From: Gammaproteobacteria bacterium
GTDB taxonomy: Bacteria > Pseudomonadota > Gammaproteobacteria > CAJXQU01
Reading direction: 5' to 3'
NCBI GenBank assembly: GCA_965238175.1
Contig: CBDEGZ010000003.1
Location: 1,664,001-1,728,000, forward strand
Length of the DNA stretch: 64,000 bases
Positions 29,540 to 39,158 of the stretch are shown here, piece by piece. Each line of letters opens with the position of its first letter. Within the stretch, counting starts at the first letter, position 1. Position numbers and translations under genes: made by a program. A model generated the notes under the pieces. That model saw nothing but the letters and a program-made list of their open reading frames with translations. It was not told where the DNA came from and did no database searches.

Positions 29540-30018
29540 ATTTCTTATCACTCCTCCCGTCAGGAGCATATCTTATTTTGCCTCATGAATTGATTGAGAA
29601 AATGCATAGATATAGACAACTTAATGAAGCTGATAGAGAAGCTGGCGGAATTCTGGTTGGAAGTTTGCGTAAAGATATTGATTCAGAGAGATCCGCTGAT
29701 TTGGAGCATATTGAAATTATAGATTTCACAACTCCAAGGCCAGCTGATAGAAGATCAAGGTTTGGCTTCTTAAGGAGGAATGAGCATCACTTACGACAAG
29801 TGCACCAAGTATGGAAACAATCAAAAATGCTCCAGACATATTTAGGGGAATGGCATACGCATGCAGAACCACACCCTAAACCATCGTTTGATGATCTAAA
29901 AGAATGGAAGAGGGTATTGAGAGATCGTAAATGTATTCTCATTATTATTGGGCAGGCTTCCGACTGGGTTGCTTTTTGGGATGGCCATCATCCATTCGAA
30001 CTAACTCAATTAAGATAA
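29521..30018 (+). CDS. cap3: CBASS Cap3 JAB/MPN isopeptidase
   Basis: EAGGILVG; YLGEWHTHAEPHPKPSFDD JAMM motif. Confidence 0.92.
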   Translation: MLQSKLDFLSLLPSGAYLILPHELIEKMHRYRQLNEADREAGGILVGSLRKDIDSERSADLEHIEIIDFTTPRPADRRSRFGFLRRNEHHLRQVHQVWKQSKMLQTYLGEWHTHAEPHPKPSFDDLKEWKRVLRDRKCILIIIGQASDWVAFWDGHHPFELTQLR

Positions 30019-30161
30019 AATTGTTAGTCATCAACGTGTAATGTTAAACATATCACCGAATTAAATTAGAGCTGCTAGCTTGCTCGTTTCAGCAGATATC
30101 CAACATTTTTCTTGTCAACCAGCTAGCAAATTGATACTGACATTGTTAGAAAGGAAGTGTC

Positions 30162-30356
30162 ATGGAGGATAAGTTCTCAAAAGAGAATAATGCTGAGCTA
30201 ACCAGTGTTATTGAAGATAGTGGTTTTCTGAGTCAATTCCCAGATCATGTAGCATGGACAGATCCCGGTGGGGCAGGTTTTATAAAACCGAATAAAAATG
30301 GAGAATCAAAATCTATCAAGCGCCTCGATTTACGGCAAATGCTCAAGTTAGGTTAG
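30162..30356 (+). CDS. Small hypothetical protein
   Basis: RBS AAAGGAAG before ATG; 64 aa; overlaps the stop of the convergent gene. Confidence 0.4.
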   Translation: MEDKFSKENNAELTSVIEDSGFLSQFPDHVAWTDPGGAGFIKPNKNGESKSIKRLDLRQMLKLG

Positions 30357-31320
30357 CCGCGAACAGCTTAGCTTTTGCTTCTTCTATAGATGTATCGTCT
30401 GGTCGATATTCATCCCAATAAGTGTTCCTAAGTTTTTTCTTACCTTTCATTGGGCTGTGTTTCAATGCCCACTGTAAATCACGGGTAAGGGTTTCCGCCC
30501 ATCGTTTATCAATCGCTCTTGTGTTTCTATTTCTAAATATCGTCCCCCAGTTTTCGTCAATGAAATAAGATGTTGCATTTCGCTCAGTTGCCCAATGTCC
30601 CATATTGGCAACAAAGACGTTGACGAGATTGGTTTCAAGTGCCAGTTTTTTATATAACGAGACATCCCAGACAGCTGGATCTGTGCCGTGCTCTTCGGCG
30701 TATATGAACGCGTAATAAAGCTGTAAGCCAACTTCACGAAAAACAAAACACTCAGTGAGAGTCCATTCGTAGGACATGTAGTTTGTCAGTAAACGGAAAG
30801 AGAGTTCAATATTATTTCTGAGTTGACCTTCCAAACTTTCATTGCTTCTCACCTGATTTTTTCGGTGCTCAAATTTTTCTTTATAAAAATCTAACCGCTC
30901 TTGTGAATCAGGTGGTGGTCCGAGAAGTAATAATGTTCCCGCATGAAAAAATAAGTGCGGATAGATTAACGCATTACTCACGACCTGATCTTGAAAGGCA
31001 TGGTAAATGTTCGAAATAGTCTTGGCGCTAATCCCCGTTCTCTTCTCAGTATTCTTAATCTCCTCTCCTTCGAAAAAAGACAACATCAGCAGCTCAAACT
31101 CTGAATCAGAAAGTTTTGTAAATTTGGAATATTTACTTTTTGATCGATAATTTTTGGGTTTTAAATTTGGCGCAATTTTCTTTTTCCATTTAGAAAAATT
31201 GCTGGTCGATAAATTATTCACACTGCAATACTCAGCCTGTGATAAGCCTGAAGTCTTCCATGAATTGATGTGCTGCTTCCAAAAATCGTTTTTTTCTTTT
31301 TTCACTAAACTACGTTTCAC
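30343..31320 (-). CDS. Protein with an N-terminal IS66 TnpA-like HTH and a second transposase-like HTH
   Basis: FWKQHINSWKTSGLSQAEYC...FSKWKKK; KLSDSEFELLMLSF...TGISAKTISNIY; no DDE motif recognised. Confidence 0.6.
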   Translation of the reverse strand: MKRSLVKKEKNDFWKQHINSWKTSGLSQAEYCSVNNLSTSNFSKWKKKIAPNLKPKNYRSKSKYSKFTKLSDSEFELLMLSFFEGEEIKNTEKRTGISAKTISNIYHAFQDQVVSNALIYPHLFFHAGTLLLLGPPPDSQERLDFYKEKFEHRKNQVRSNESLEGQLRNNIELSFRLLTNYMSYEWTLTECFVFREVGLQLYYAFIYAEEHGTDPAVWDVSLYKKLALETNLVNVFVANMGHWATERNATSYFIDENWGTIFRNRNTRAIDKRWAETLTRDLQWALKHSPMKGKKKLRNTYWDEYRPDDTSIEEAKAKLFAANLT

Positions 31321-31692
31321 CTCTTATTTCAGGCAATTTTAATTTCCATTTTTGAAAAGAAAACCCTTTTAAAATCATATGAATAAGGTTTCCGTTCTGA
31401 AAAATATTCTTCCACTCACGCTTTGACCGTGGGGTTGATGGAAGCTTACGCTGAGCGCCAATTCGGTGCTGTCCTATTTTGTACAACAGGTGAATCCAGT
31501 ACCCATTGAAACACTTTGTAGAATTTTATTTGAATAAAAATTTATTACTAACATTCGTAAAAAAGGAAAACAGTATGAGAACAAATATGCGTAATGCCAA
31601 CAATGAAACCGAGTATGTCAAATTGCAGCGAGATAAGAAAGTTGGTGCAAGTGCTGGGCATAAACTGAACGTCATATATGAGCAGGTGAACC

Positions 31693-32916
31693 ATGCTTAG
31701 TTTTACGCAAGACATATTTAAGAATGCACAAGACGAGGCGACAGATTCCTACACTGAATGTCAGCAACAAATTCAAGAAGTCGTTGTCACCCCGATTGTT
31801 GATAGTGACATTGAAGCTACCCGCACTGAAGCGACGATTAGTCAAATTGAAGCCCTTTCAGACAAGACGGCAGCGACCTTGGAAGGCACCTGTAGCGAGC
31901 AGCGTATCAAAGCACACAAAGAAACCCGTCTGTTCAAACATGTCAGAGCCATTGACCGCGAATGTCTTCATCCGGACGTACTTAAAACCATCTTTACCGT
32001 TGTTTTCTGCATTCTAGGCGAAGGGACAATCGCAGGCGCCATGTTTGCACTCGAAGGCAAAACCGGGCTTGTCGGCGGCTTTGCCTATGGTTTGTCTTTC
32101 GCGACTGTCAATGTGCTATCTGGGATGGCGATTGGTTTTTTCACCTTACGATACTGGCTTGATTATTATAATCGGATAGGCACATACCGGCTGAGAAGAG
32201 CCATCGCCTGTGCGTGTTTTTTTATTTTTACCGGTTTTCTTTGTGTGCTCATTTTTAGTGCTGCACGCGTCAGAGTAACTGGCTCCCATAGTAATATTTT
32301 TGACTTCGAAACAGTCAGCTTTTTAAGCACCTTCAATGATGCTCTGACCTTGGTCATCATTGCGCTTGGTGTATTGGGCAGTGTCGTTGCCATCTATAAA
32401 GGTTACAAAGGCCTGTCTGATCCAATTCCCGGTTTTTCAGAAAGTGACCTTTATCCAAAACGTACCGTCGATAGACCGGTGCAAGCCATGGTGGACAGTA
32501 CATTAGATCGGCTTGACGAGATGTACGACAACGCTGTCGATGACATTGAGTCTGCGATTGATGAGGCCGAAGATTTTCATGAGGCACAACATCAAAAAGC
32601 GACAACGCTGCAGAAAAAGCTCGTTTCACATAATGCGTTAATCACGCAACTCTCACTCAAAATAAAAAATCATACGAGTGCTGAAGGCTTTATCAATCAG
32701 TCCAAAGACACCTTGAGCTTGGACATATCACACCTGCATATTCCCATTGCTGAGACGTTAGCCCCGCTGACACAACACAGTCGTGCCTCACCCGATTACA
32801 ACACCTTACTGAGTCGATTACAGACGGCGTATGAAAGTGGCATTAACCACGTGCAAGCCGCACACGCCGCCTTTCTTAACAGTACCACTTTGTTTGAACA
32901 GGAGAATAAATCATGA
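31693..32916 (+). CDS. 4-TM membrane protein with coiled-coil termini
   Basis: Four hydrophobic segments; RBS AGGTG; ATGA overlap with the next gene. Confidence 0.8.
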   Translation: MLSFTQDIFKNAQDEATDSYTECQQQIQEVVVTPIVDSDIEATRTEATISQIEALSDKTAATLEGTCSEQRIKAHKETRLFKHVRAIDRECLHPDVLKTIFTVVFCILGEGTIAGAMFALEGKTGLVGGFAYGLSFATVNVLSGMAIGFFTLRYWLDYYNRIGTYRLRRAIACACFFIFTGFLCVLIFSAARVRVTGSHSNIFDFETVSFLSTFNDALTLVIIALGVLGSVVAIYKGYKGLSDPIPGFSESDLYPKRTVDRPVQAMVDSTLDRLDEMYDNAVDDIESAIDEAEDFHEAQHQKATTLQKKLVSHNALITQLSLKIKNHTSAEGFINQSKDTLSLDISHLHIPIAETLAPLTQHSRASPDYNTLLSRLQTAYESGINHVQAAHAAFLNSTTLFEQENKS

Positions 32917-33812
32917 ACAATATAAGACGACGAACGCGCTCAAATCGTCGACGCGCAAATCAATCTTCCAAGAATCGATACGGTCTCATTGCAGGTATTG
33001 TCCTTGTCCCAATCAGCGTACTGGGTCTTGGAAGCGTCTTATTAAAAAGTGAGCTTAAGAAAGAAAAAATAGACAGTGATACCTATTGTTATCAACAAGA
33101 GAGCCAGTATGAAGCGGCCTTCTTTATTGATTACAGTTTGACTAGATTTGCAAGTTCATCAACACAACGAAGTCTAACGAATTCTCTACTATCGGCTTAC
33201 CGATCTCTTCCCGCCAATGGCAAGCTATCGATTTTTAATACGGCAAAAAATAAAAATAGCGATATTGTCACGCCGGCATTCACCCTATGCAGGCCTGCAA
33301 AAAATGCCAAGGAACAAAAAGCGCTCAATGGGCTTGAAGACACAAACGAGTATGTCAAAAGTCGTTATCAGAAAGCCGAGTCTACCTTCACGGCGCATGT
33401 TGATACGTTAATTAAGGAAACCACCTCGAAAAAAGAGGCACTTAATTACGCGCCTTTACTCGAACGCTTTCAGGGGATCAGTCGTTTCTACAATGAAGGC
33501 TCACTGCAAAAATTATTCGTCTACTCACACGGTATTCAATACTCTGGATTTGCGGAATTTTGTTTCAAAAAAAATCACCTGCCACCATTTTCAATCTTTA
33601 AATCCAGTAACACTTACAACACGCTGAAACCAACACAAGCGTATGAGGGTGTCGAGGTTCATTTTCTGCTGGCAGAGTACGCTCGCCTTCCGATAAAGGA
33701 AGCGCCTTATTGTACCAACCACGAGATCCGTCAATTTTGGCCTGCCTATTTTGAACACAATGGCGCGAACGTCGAACTCTCCATTTTGAAGAGTTATCAA
33801 CGCGATGACTAA
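32913..33812 (+). CDS. Membrane-anchored protein with a degenerate vWA-like fold
   Basis: Basic N-terminus + TM; FFIDYS and LFVYSHG resemble degenerate MIDAS strands. Confidence 0.55.
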   Translation: MNNIRRRTRSNRRRANQSSKNRYGLIAGIVLVPISVLGLGSVLLKSELKKEKIDSDTYCYQQESQYEAAFFIDYSLTRFASSSTQRSLTNSLLSAYRSLPANGKLSIFNTAKNKNSDIVTPAFTLCRPAKNAKEQKALNGLEDTNEYVKSRYQKAESTFTAHVDTLIKETTSKKEALNYAPLLERFQGISRFYNEGSLQKLFVYSHGIQYSGFAEFCFKKNHLPPFSIFKSSNTYNTLKPTQAYEGVEVHFLLAEYARLPIKEAPYCTNHEIRQFWPAYFEHNGANVELSILKSYQRDD

Positions 33813-33826
33813 TTTAAATCAACACT

Positions 33827-34516
33827 TTGGAGGGTGATATGGATCTGCCATTTCGAATTCCTGACATCTTGCTGCCCATTCTTTTTGGGGCGCTCTTATG
33901 GTTTGGCTGTGTGTACTTTTTTATTACGCCGGCACTGACAGAAAGGGTGATCGATATTCATGTGAGAGAAGAATGTGAAGGTCATGCTGATCAGGTTTTT
34001 TGTGATTGCCTGTTTGAGCATTTTTGGGAGCGAGGCGCATCGATAAAAAGCACTTTATTTTTATCAACGTTTTCGCTCTCCGAGCCACGGATCAGTCTGT
34101 TTGATACTAAGCGTAATCCTTATGTGGAATATGTTTCCTATCAGATGAAAAAACCGAAACTAAGAACGGCATGCGACACCACAGGAAATGCTTCACTTCG
34201 TTTAGCCGAAAAACGCGCCACAGAAAAAATAGAAGAGAAACACAAAAAAGAACTGGCTGAGATTGAGAAACAACACAAAGAAAAAATGGCGCAAGAAAAA
34301 CTAAAAAACAGTGAGCATCAAAAAGTACTTGAAGTGGCAAACGCCGTAAAGAATTCCAAAGTAGGACAGTATTTACAAGAAGAAGCAGAGAGAGTGAAAA
34401 GAGCAAATGAGCTTCGTGAACGAACAACAGACGTTGGCCTGAATGTGTGGGAAAGCACCTTGGATTGGGTAGAAAAAAAGCGTCGTCATTATGAGAGGAG
34501 AAATAATTATGAGTAG
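33827..34516 (+). CDS. Hypothetical membrane-anchored coiled-coil protein
   Basis: N-terminal TM, C-x7-C-x-C motif, charged coiled coil. Confidence 0.7.
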   Translation: MEGDMDLPFRIPDILLPILFGALLWFGCVYFFITPALTERVIDIHVREECEGHADQVFCDCLFEHFWERGASIKSTLFLSTFSLSEPRISLFDTKRNPYVEYVSYQMKKPKLRTACDTTGNASLRLAEKRATEKIEEKHKKELAEIEKQHKEKMAQEKLKNSEHQKVLEVANAVKNSKVGQYLQEEAERVKRANELRERTTDVGLNVWESTLDWVEKKRRHYERRNNYE

Positions 34517-34928
34517 AGAACGCTTTTATTACAAAAGTGATTCGTACCTTGTCACATCAAGAATCTTTAAAACAAAGCGTCGTGGGTATCGAATGCCAGC
34601 TATTACGCAAGTGAGCTTACGCCGTACTCAGTTCTACCTGTTACTTCCCGTTCTTAGTGGCGTTATGAGTCTCGTTCTTTTTTTTGGAGATTTGCTCTAT
34701 CTGCATGAAATATTTTCAGGTGGGTTTGTGGCGTTAGTGCTGGGTGTTGCGTCATGGTCAGTGGGCACCATACATCTGAAGGGTTTTAACGTTGATGGCA
34801 TAGCAACAGTCGGACTGTATTGGAAAATGGCAGAACTTAACGAAGCTCTCAACCATGTTCTTTGGGAGTCGGAGATTCAACAGAAGGGCGTTGGCAACAG
34901 CGGAATGTCATCACGCTCAGATTATTAA
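34509..34928 (+). CDS. Hypothetical 2-TM protein
   Basis: MSRERF start after GAGGAG; two TM segments. Confidence 0.7.
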   Translation: MSRERFYYKSDSYLVTSRIFKTKRRGYRMPAITQVSLRRTQFYLLLPVLSGVMSLVLFFGDLLYLHEIFSGGFVALVLGVASWSVGTIHLKGFNVDGIATVGLYWKMAELNEALNHVLWESEIQQKGVGNSGMSSRSDY

Positions 34929-34940
34929 CAGGAGAAGACG

Positions 34941-35255
34941 ATGGAAAACAATAATGACTTAATGAAAGTTACCAACGGCACGATTGTCAAAATCAATCTG
35001 CATTTTTTACAAGCGGTCGTATTCGGTTTGATTGCTTGGTGGTGCTACCCCGAGAGACCCTTTGATATTGGTTGGGGATTGGTGTCGTTCATTTCGGTCT
35101 TGGTGGTGTTAGCGGCTATCGCCAGTGCCATCAAAGACATGACGAGACTCCACCAACGCGAAAAGACCATCAAGGCGTATTTACAACAAGGGGCGCAGCC
35201 CAAAGCCTCCACATTGGCATCGGATGATGCGTTAAAAAAAGCGGGGATGCGGTAA
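34941..35255 (+). CDS. 2-TM protein, possible detached membrane anchor of the coupling protein
   Basis: RBS AGGAGA; two TMs; ends STLASDDALKKAGM. Confidence 0.7.
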   Translation: MENNNDLMKVTNGTIVKINLHFLQAVVFGLIAWWCYPERPFDIGWGLVSFISVLVVLAAIASAIKDMTRLHQREKTIKAYLQQGAQPKASTLASDDALKKAGMR

Positions 35256-35800
35256 TGACGACTAAAAATAAAAAAAACTCTGACGTGCGCTTTGATGCTG
35301 AACCTTTATCAGAACGTGATGACCATTTTGAAAATGCTGAGAGGGAAGACAGTGACATTGATTGTTTAAATGACGATCTCTCTTTTGTGACGGACGCGAT
35401 TTATTCTGCGTTATTAGATCCTCCATCGAATGCTCTACGCAATCAGTATTGGTGTATTGAACCCCGTACTCTTTTGGATTTCCAGTTATCACAGCATACG
35501 AAGGAGGAAAAACCGAGTCAGTCAACCAAACGACTCCTTGGACTAACCTCGAAAGGTGAACCACTCTTTGCATCAAAGCCTACTCAGCGTTTGTTACTCA
35601 GTGCGGCTGGTGGTGGCAAGACAACCTGTGGTGCATTGCCATCATTTGTGACTGACACCCTTCATCGAGAGTTGTTAACCCACCCGTTTCTTGAGAACGA
35701 TAAAGAACGTCCCCGGCGTATTGAGACTGTCTCTAGAACTGCCTGTTCACCACAGCTATCAGCAGATGATCTATCAAACAAAGGAGATGTTGATCCATGA
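35255..35800 (+). CDS. Hypothetical protein containing a partial copy of the coupling-protein Walker A region
   Basis: TKRLLGLT...LLLSAAGGGKTTCGALP; stop/start overlaps on both sides. Confidence 0.55.
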   Translation: MTTKNKKNSDVRFDAEPLSERDDHFENAEREDSDIDCLNDDLSFVTDAIYSALLDPPSNALRNQYWCIEPRTLLDFQLSQHTKEEKPSQSTKRLLGLTSKGEPLFASKPTQRLLLSAAGGGKTTCGALPSFVTDTLHRELLTHPFLENDKERPRRIETVSRTACSPQLSADDLSNKGDVDP

Positions 35801-37191
35801 ATAATCCGACCAAACGAATCCTCGGACTGACCTTTGATGGTAAACCCATCTTCGCCCCCAAGCATGCTCATAGTCTGTTACTCAGTGCAGCCGGTGGCGG
35901 TAAGACCACCTGTGGCGCAATGCCCTGGTTGCAATCACTCATTGCCGATACGGATCGTACGATTCTCGTCACCGACAGCAAAGATTGTGAAATGGCGGCA
36001 CAGGCTATTGCGATGTGCCTTGAGGCGGGACGCAAAGTCGCCTACGTCGATAGTTTTGCCAGGCTAGGTAAAGACAATCCTTATCGCATTTCACCGAATC
36101 CGTTTGGTGGTGTGGTCAGTGCGTATCAAAAGAATAATGGCGAGTTGTTGTTTGCCACCGAGAATGCCTGTCATGCTCTGATCGAAGAACCCTCTGATGA
36201 TGCCAAAAATGAATATTGGCGTACTGAGCCTCGCGCCCTGATCGAATTTTGTTTGAACTCGTTGCTGGTGCGTAATATTCGGTTGGCCACACCGGGCGGT
36301 GTTTGGGCATTGCTGGCAAATCCTGAGATGCTACTTGAGGTTGCCGCTATCGAAGCGGAAGAAGGCGATGATGCCATGAAAGCACTCGCCAACCATGTGC
36401 TTGGTATGGCAAAAAACGAAGAGCACTACTCGCAACACCGTGCCGCTGCTACCAAAGCTTTACGTATCTATGCGTCAAATTCAGCCCTGCATCAATCCGG
36501 CGTCGGTGAAGTCATAACCCATGAGAAATTGATTGAGGAGAACTACGTCGTTTTCCTCGGTGGACCTGTTAAATACATGGAACGCCTTGGGGCTGATTAT
36601 GCATTGCAACTGCAAAGCTTTATGGAGGTAGTGTTATCGGGTGAAAGTGGTCCCGTCAGTTTTATTCTGGATGAATTTACCAATGCGCCTTTAAAGGCAT
36701 TGATCTCACAACTGACCACCATGCGCGGCTATGGTGGAACCTGCCACATGATAGCCCAATCCCGCTCAGAAATAGAACGCAAATACGGCAAAAAAGAAAC
36801 CCTGACCATTGATGAGAACTGTGTCATCAAGCAGTGGTTTGGTTTTTCATCGTTTGATGAAGCAGAAAAAGTCAGTCGTGCCATGGGTGAGACCTTGAGT
36901 GTCTCATCCAGCATTGGCGTGAACTCCGACAAGGTGGATTTTTCCGGGAACTACAGTACCGGAAAAGAGCGGCTTTACACGCCAGACATGTTGATGAGCC
37001 TGCCACCGGATGAACAAATTCTTTATGTGAAAGGTGTAGGGTTTATTCATTGTAAAGAAATCGTTCAGAACGAAATTGCACCGAGCTGTACTTACCTGAC
37101 GGATAACCCCATGGAAGGGGAACGCCTGCCACCTAATCCGAAAGTCACATTGCCATTTCCCCAAGAAAAAAATAAGGAGAGAAAATCATGA
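35797..37191 (+). CDS. VirD4/TraG-family type IV coupling protein, lacking N-terminal TMs
   Basis: AAGGGKTT Walker A, VTDSKDCE, FILDEFTN Walker B, MRGYG...IAQSRSEIERKYG, ERLYTPD. Confidence 0.88.
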   Translation: MNNPTKRILGLTFDGKPIFAPKHAHSLLLSAAGGGKTTCGAMPWLQSLIADTDRTILVTDSKDCEMAAQAIAMCLEAGRKVAYVDSFARLGKDNPYRISPNPFGGVVSAYQKNNGELLFATENACHALIEEPSDDAKNEYWRTEPRALIEFCLNSLLVRNIRLATPGGVWALLANPEMLLEVAAIEAEEGDDAMKALANHVLGMAKNEEHYSQHRAAATKALRIYASNSALHQSGVGEVITHEKLIEENYVVFLGGPVKYMERLGADYALQLQSFMEVVLSGESGPVSFILDEFTNAPLKALISQLTTMRGYGGTCHMIAQSRSEIERKYGKKETLTIDENCVIKQWFGFSSFDEAEKVSRAMGETLSVSSSIGVNSDKVDFSGNYSTGKERLYTPDMLMSLPPDEQILYVKGVGFIHCKEIVQNEIAPSCTYLTDNPMEGERLPPNPKVTLPFPQEKNKERKS

Positions 37192-37454
37192 AACCCGTTC
37201 GATTTTTACGCGTTAGTTATTTTATCTGGATACTAATCTTATTGGGTCTGTGGTTGTTCACAGTGACCGCTGGTTTGCCCCATTTCCGTTGGTCTTATGA
37301 CTGGCGAGATGATGGACAAGGGTACGATCCACATGCGGAACGTCATTACACGCGCTGCACCTATTTAGGGCCTTATGGGCAGTTCACCCTTCACCCGATG
37401 AATGGGCACTGTGCGTTTATCCGCTTTCAAAAGAAAGCCGGCAGTCAAGACTAA
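37188..37454 (+). CDS. Small membrane-anchored protein
   Basis: RBS AAGGAG; ATGA overlap; N-terminal TM; RCTYLGPYG...GHC. Confidence 0.7.
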   Translation: MKPVRFLRVSYFIWILILLGLWLFTVTAGLPHFRWSYDWRDDGQGYDPHAERHYTRCTYLGPYGQFTLHPMNGHCAFIRFQKKAGSQD

Positions 37455-37708
37455 TGCGTCTCGACCAGTTTAAGCCACGGCGCGGGATCGCGATGCTTAA
37501 GTCCGAACTTTTGCACAAGCTCCATCCGGGCAAAGCCTTTGAGGACGTTGAGCATGGTGTCAAGTCGAACACCGTCTTTCAATTGTTGATCGCAGTCACT
37601 CCGTTCCTGAATGTCCAGACCATACGGCTCAATGGCATACCAGAAGCCGTGATAGTCCATCGGTTCCAACCATTCTTCAACGGCTTGTCTGTCTTTAAAT
37701 GTTTTCAT
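37451..37708 (-). CDS. Small hypothetical protein
   Basis: RBS GGAGG directly upstream; 85 aa. Confidence 0.6.
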   Translation of the reverse strand: MKTFKDRQAVEEWLEPMDYHGFWYAIEPYGLDIQERSDCDQQLKDGVRLDTMLNVLKGFARMELVQKFGLKHRDPAPWLKLVETH

Positions 37709-37770
37709 ACCTCCAAACTAGCATTTTTGGATTCGCCACTTCAAGAAAAATCGACAGGAGGGTTTTCGTC

Positions 37771-38262
37771 ATGGAAATCAACTTCTCAAAAGAACTAAAA
37801 CAAACCTTTAACCTAGCCACTCTGCGAAAAAAAACAAAAGGCCTGAGGTCGCCTAATGATTGGGAAAAGGGTAACAAAATTATGAACCAGTACGAACGTG
37901 AGACGAAAAAACAAACGAAAGCGTATTACGCCGAGTATGACAACCGTGTCAGTAACGTTGTTAAACAATTAATTGATAAGGCGGGTGCCAAAAATCGTGA
38001 TTTTAAACACCGCTGGTTTGGTAATGATAATTTTGACAAAGAGAAGTTGACCCGACAAGCCCATAAAGTCGTGCAGCATGATCATCATCGCCGGATGACA
38101 CGTTTAGAAGAAAACGAGGCCATTGATCTTGGCAAACTCGTTGAAACCATCGAGCAACGCGACAAGTTACGTGAAAAACCACGAAAGGACTTTGAGAAAG
38201 CGGCAGATAGACGCAAAACACAAGAACACCCTCAAACACAGACTCGGCATCGTCGCCGGTAA
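37771..38262 (+). CDS. Hypothetical basic helical protein
   Basis: ATG after AGGAGG; Arg-rich C-terminus RHRRR. Confidence 0.75.
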   Translation: MEINFSKELKQTFNLATLRKKTKGLRSPNDWEKGNKIMNQYERETKKQTKAYYAEYDNRVSNVVKQLIDKAGAKNRDFKHRWFGNDNFDKEKLTRQAHKVVQHDHHRRMTRLEENEAIDLGKLVETIEQRDKLREKPRKDFEKAADRRKTQEHPQTQTRHRRR

Positions 38263-38292
38263 ATAGTTAATCAACATAGGAGAAGAAAGGTT

Positions 38293-38979
38293 ATGAATCA
38301 ACTCTACGATAATCAAGAACGAGAACGCGTTATTAAAGCCCGTGACAGTTATTCAGGAAGACTACTCACCAATAGTCAGTTTGATGAGGCGATGTCGATT
38401 ACCGGCATTATGGAGCGTGAGATCAAAAAAAACGGCACCTTCAAACAAAAGCTCGGTGATTACGCCCAAGCTTATGCCCGTACTGAAAAGTTTGATCACA
38501 TGAAAGCCGAAACCACCATTCGTGAGTTATTCACAGCTCGCACAGGGCAAACCATGAATCAGATGCGCGAAGCATTGATCAAACGCGAAGATACATTGCT
38601 AGGTCGAGAAGGCAAATCCTCACCTGATCAAAAAGCCGTTGAGCCTCAGATTTCAGATTCTGAAAAACAACGCGCTTACCATGCCGCCATGGATGTGGGA
38701 GGCATGATTGAGAAAGGCGACAAGATTGCTTTTTATCGTGCTTATACCCATCAATCATCAGAACTCGCACAAGAGTTAGGGATTACTGAAAACGGGGCAA
38801 AAGTGTTGATGAAAGACCAATTTGAGCAAATAGAAAAGAATGACATTTATAAATGGGGGAAGGAGTTGGAAGAAAAATACTATCGACCTCAAATCAAGGC
38901 AGAGCAGGAAGCGCGGGAAGCCAAGCGAGACAAAAACAATCCGCCTGAGATGAAACAGGCACCGTCTCGTGCAAGATAA
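38293..38979 (+). CDS. Hypothetical helical protein
   Basis: RBS AGGAG/AAAGG; 228 aa; basic C-terminus. Confidence 0.75.
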   Translation: MNQLYDNQERERVIKARDSYSGRLLTNSQFDEAMSITGIMEREIKKNGTFKQKLGDYAQAYARTEKFDHMKAETTIRELFTARTGQTMNQMREALIKREDTLLGREGKSSPDQKAVEPQISDSEKQRAYHAAMDVGGMIEKGDKIAFYRAYTHQSSELAQELGITENGAKVLMKDQFEQIEKNDIYKWGKELEEKYYRPQIKAEQEAREAKRDKNNPPEMKQAPSRAR

Positions 38980-39158
38980 GGAGAAAAAAGCCTACCGAAG
39001 ATAGCGCGAAGATATTAATTTCATCGTTAAAAACGCAATAATCTTACGCGCTATTTTCTTGCTGAAACTAGGAATATATGTCTATAGTGTTCTGCTTATG
39101 TTCTTGCATTGTGTGAGACAAAAAACGTAAGGAGGATTTGAGCAAAAAGGAGACAAGA

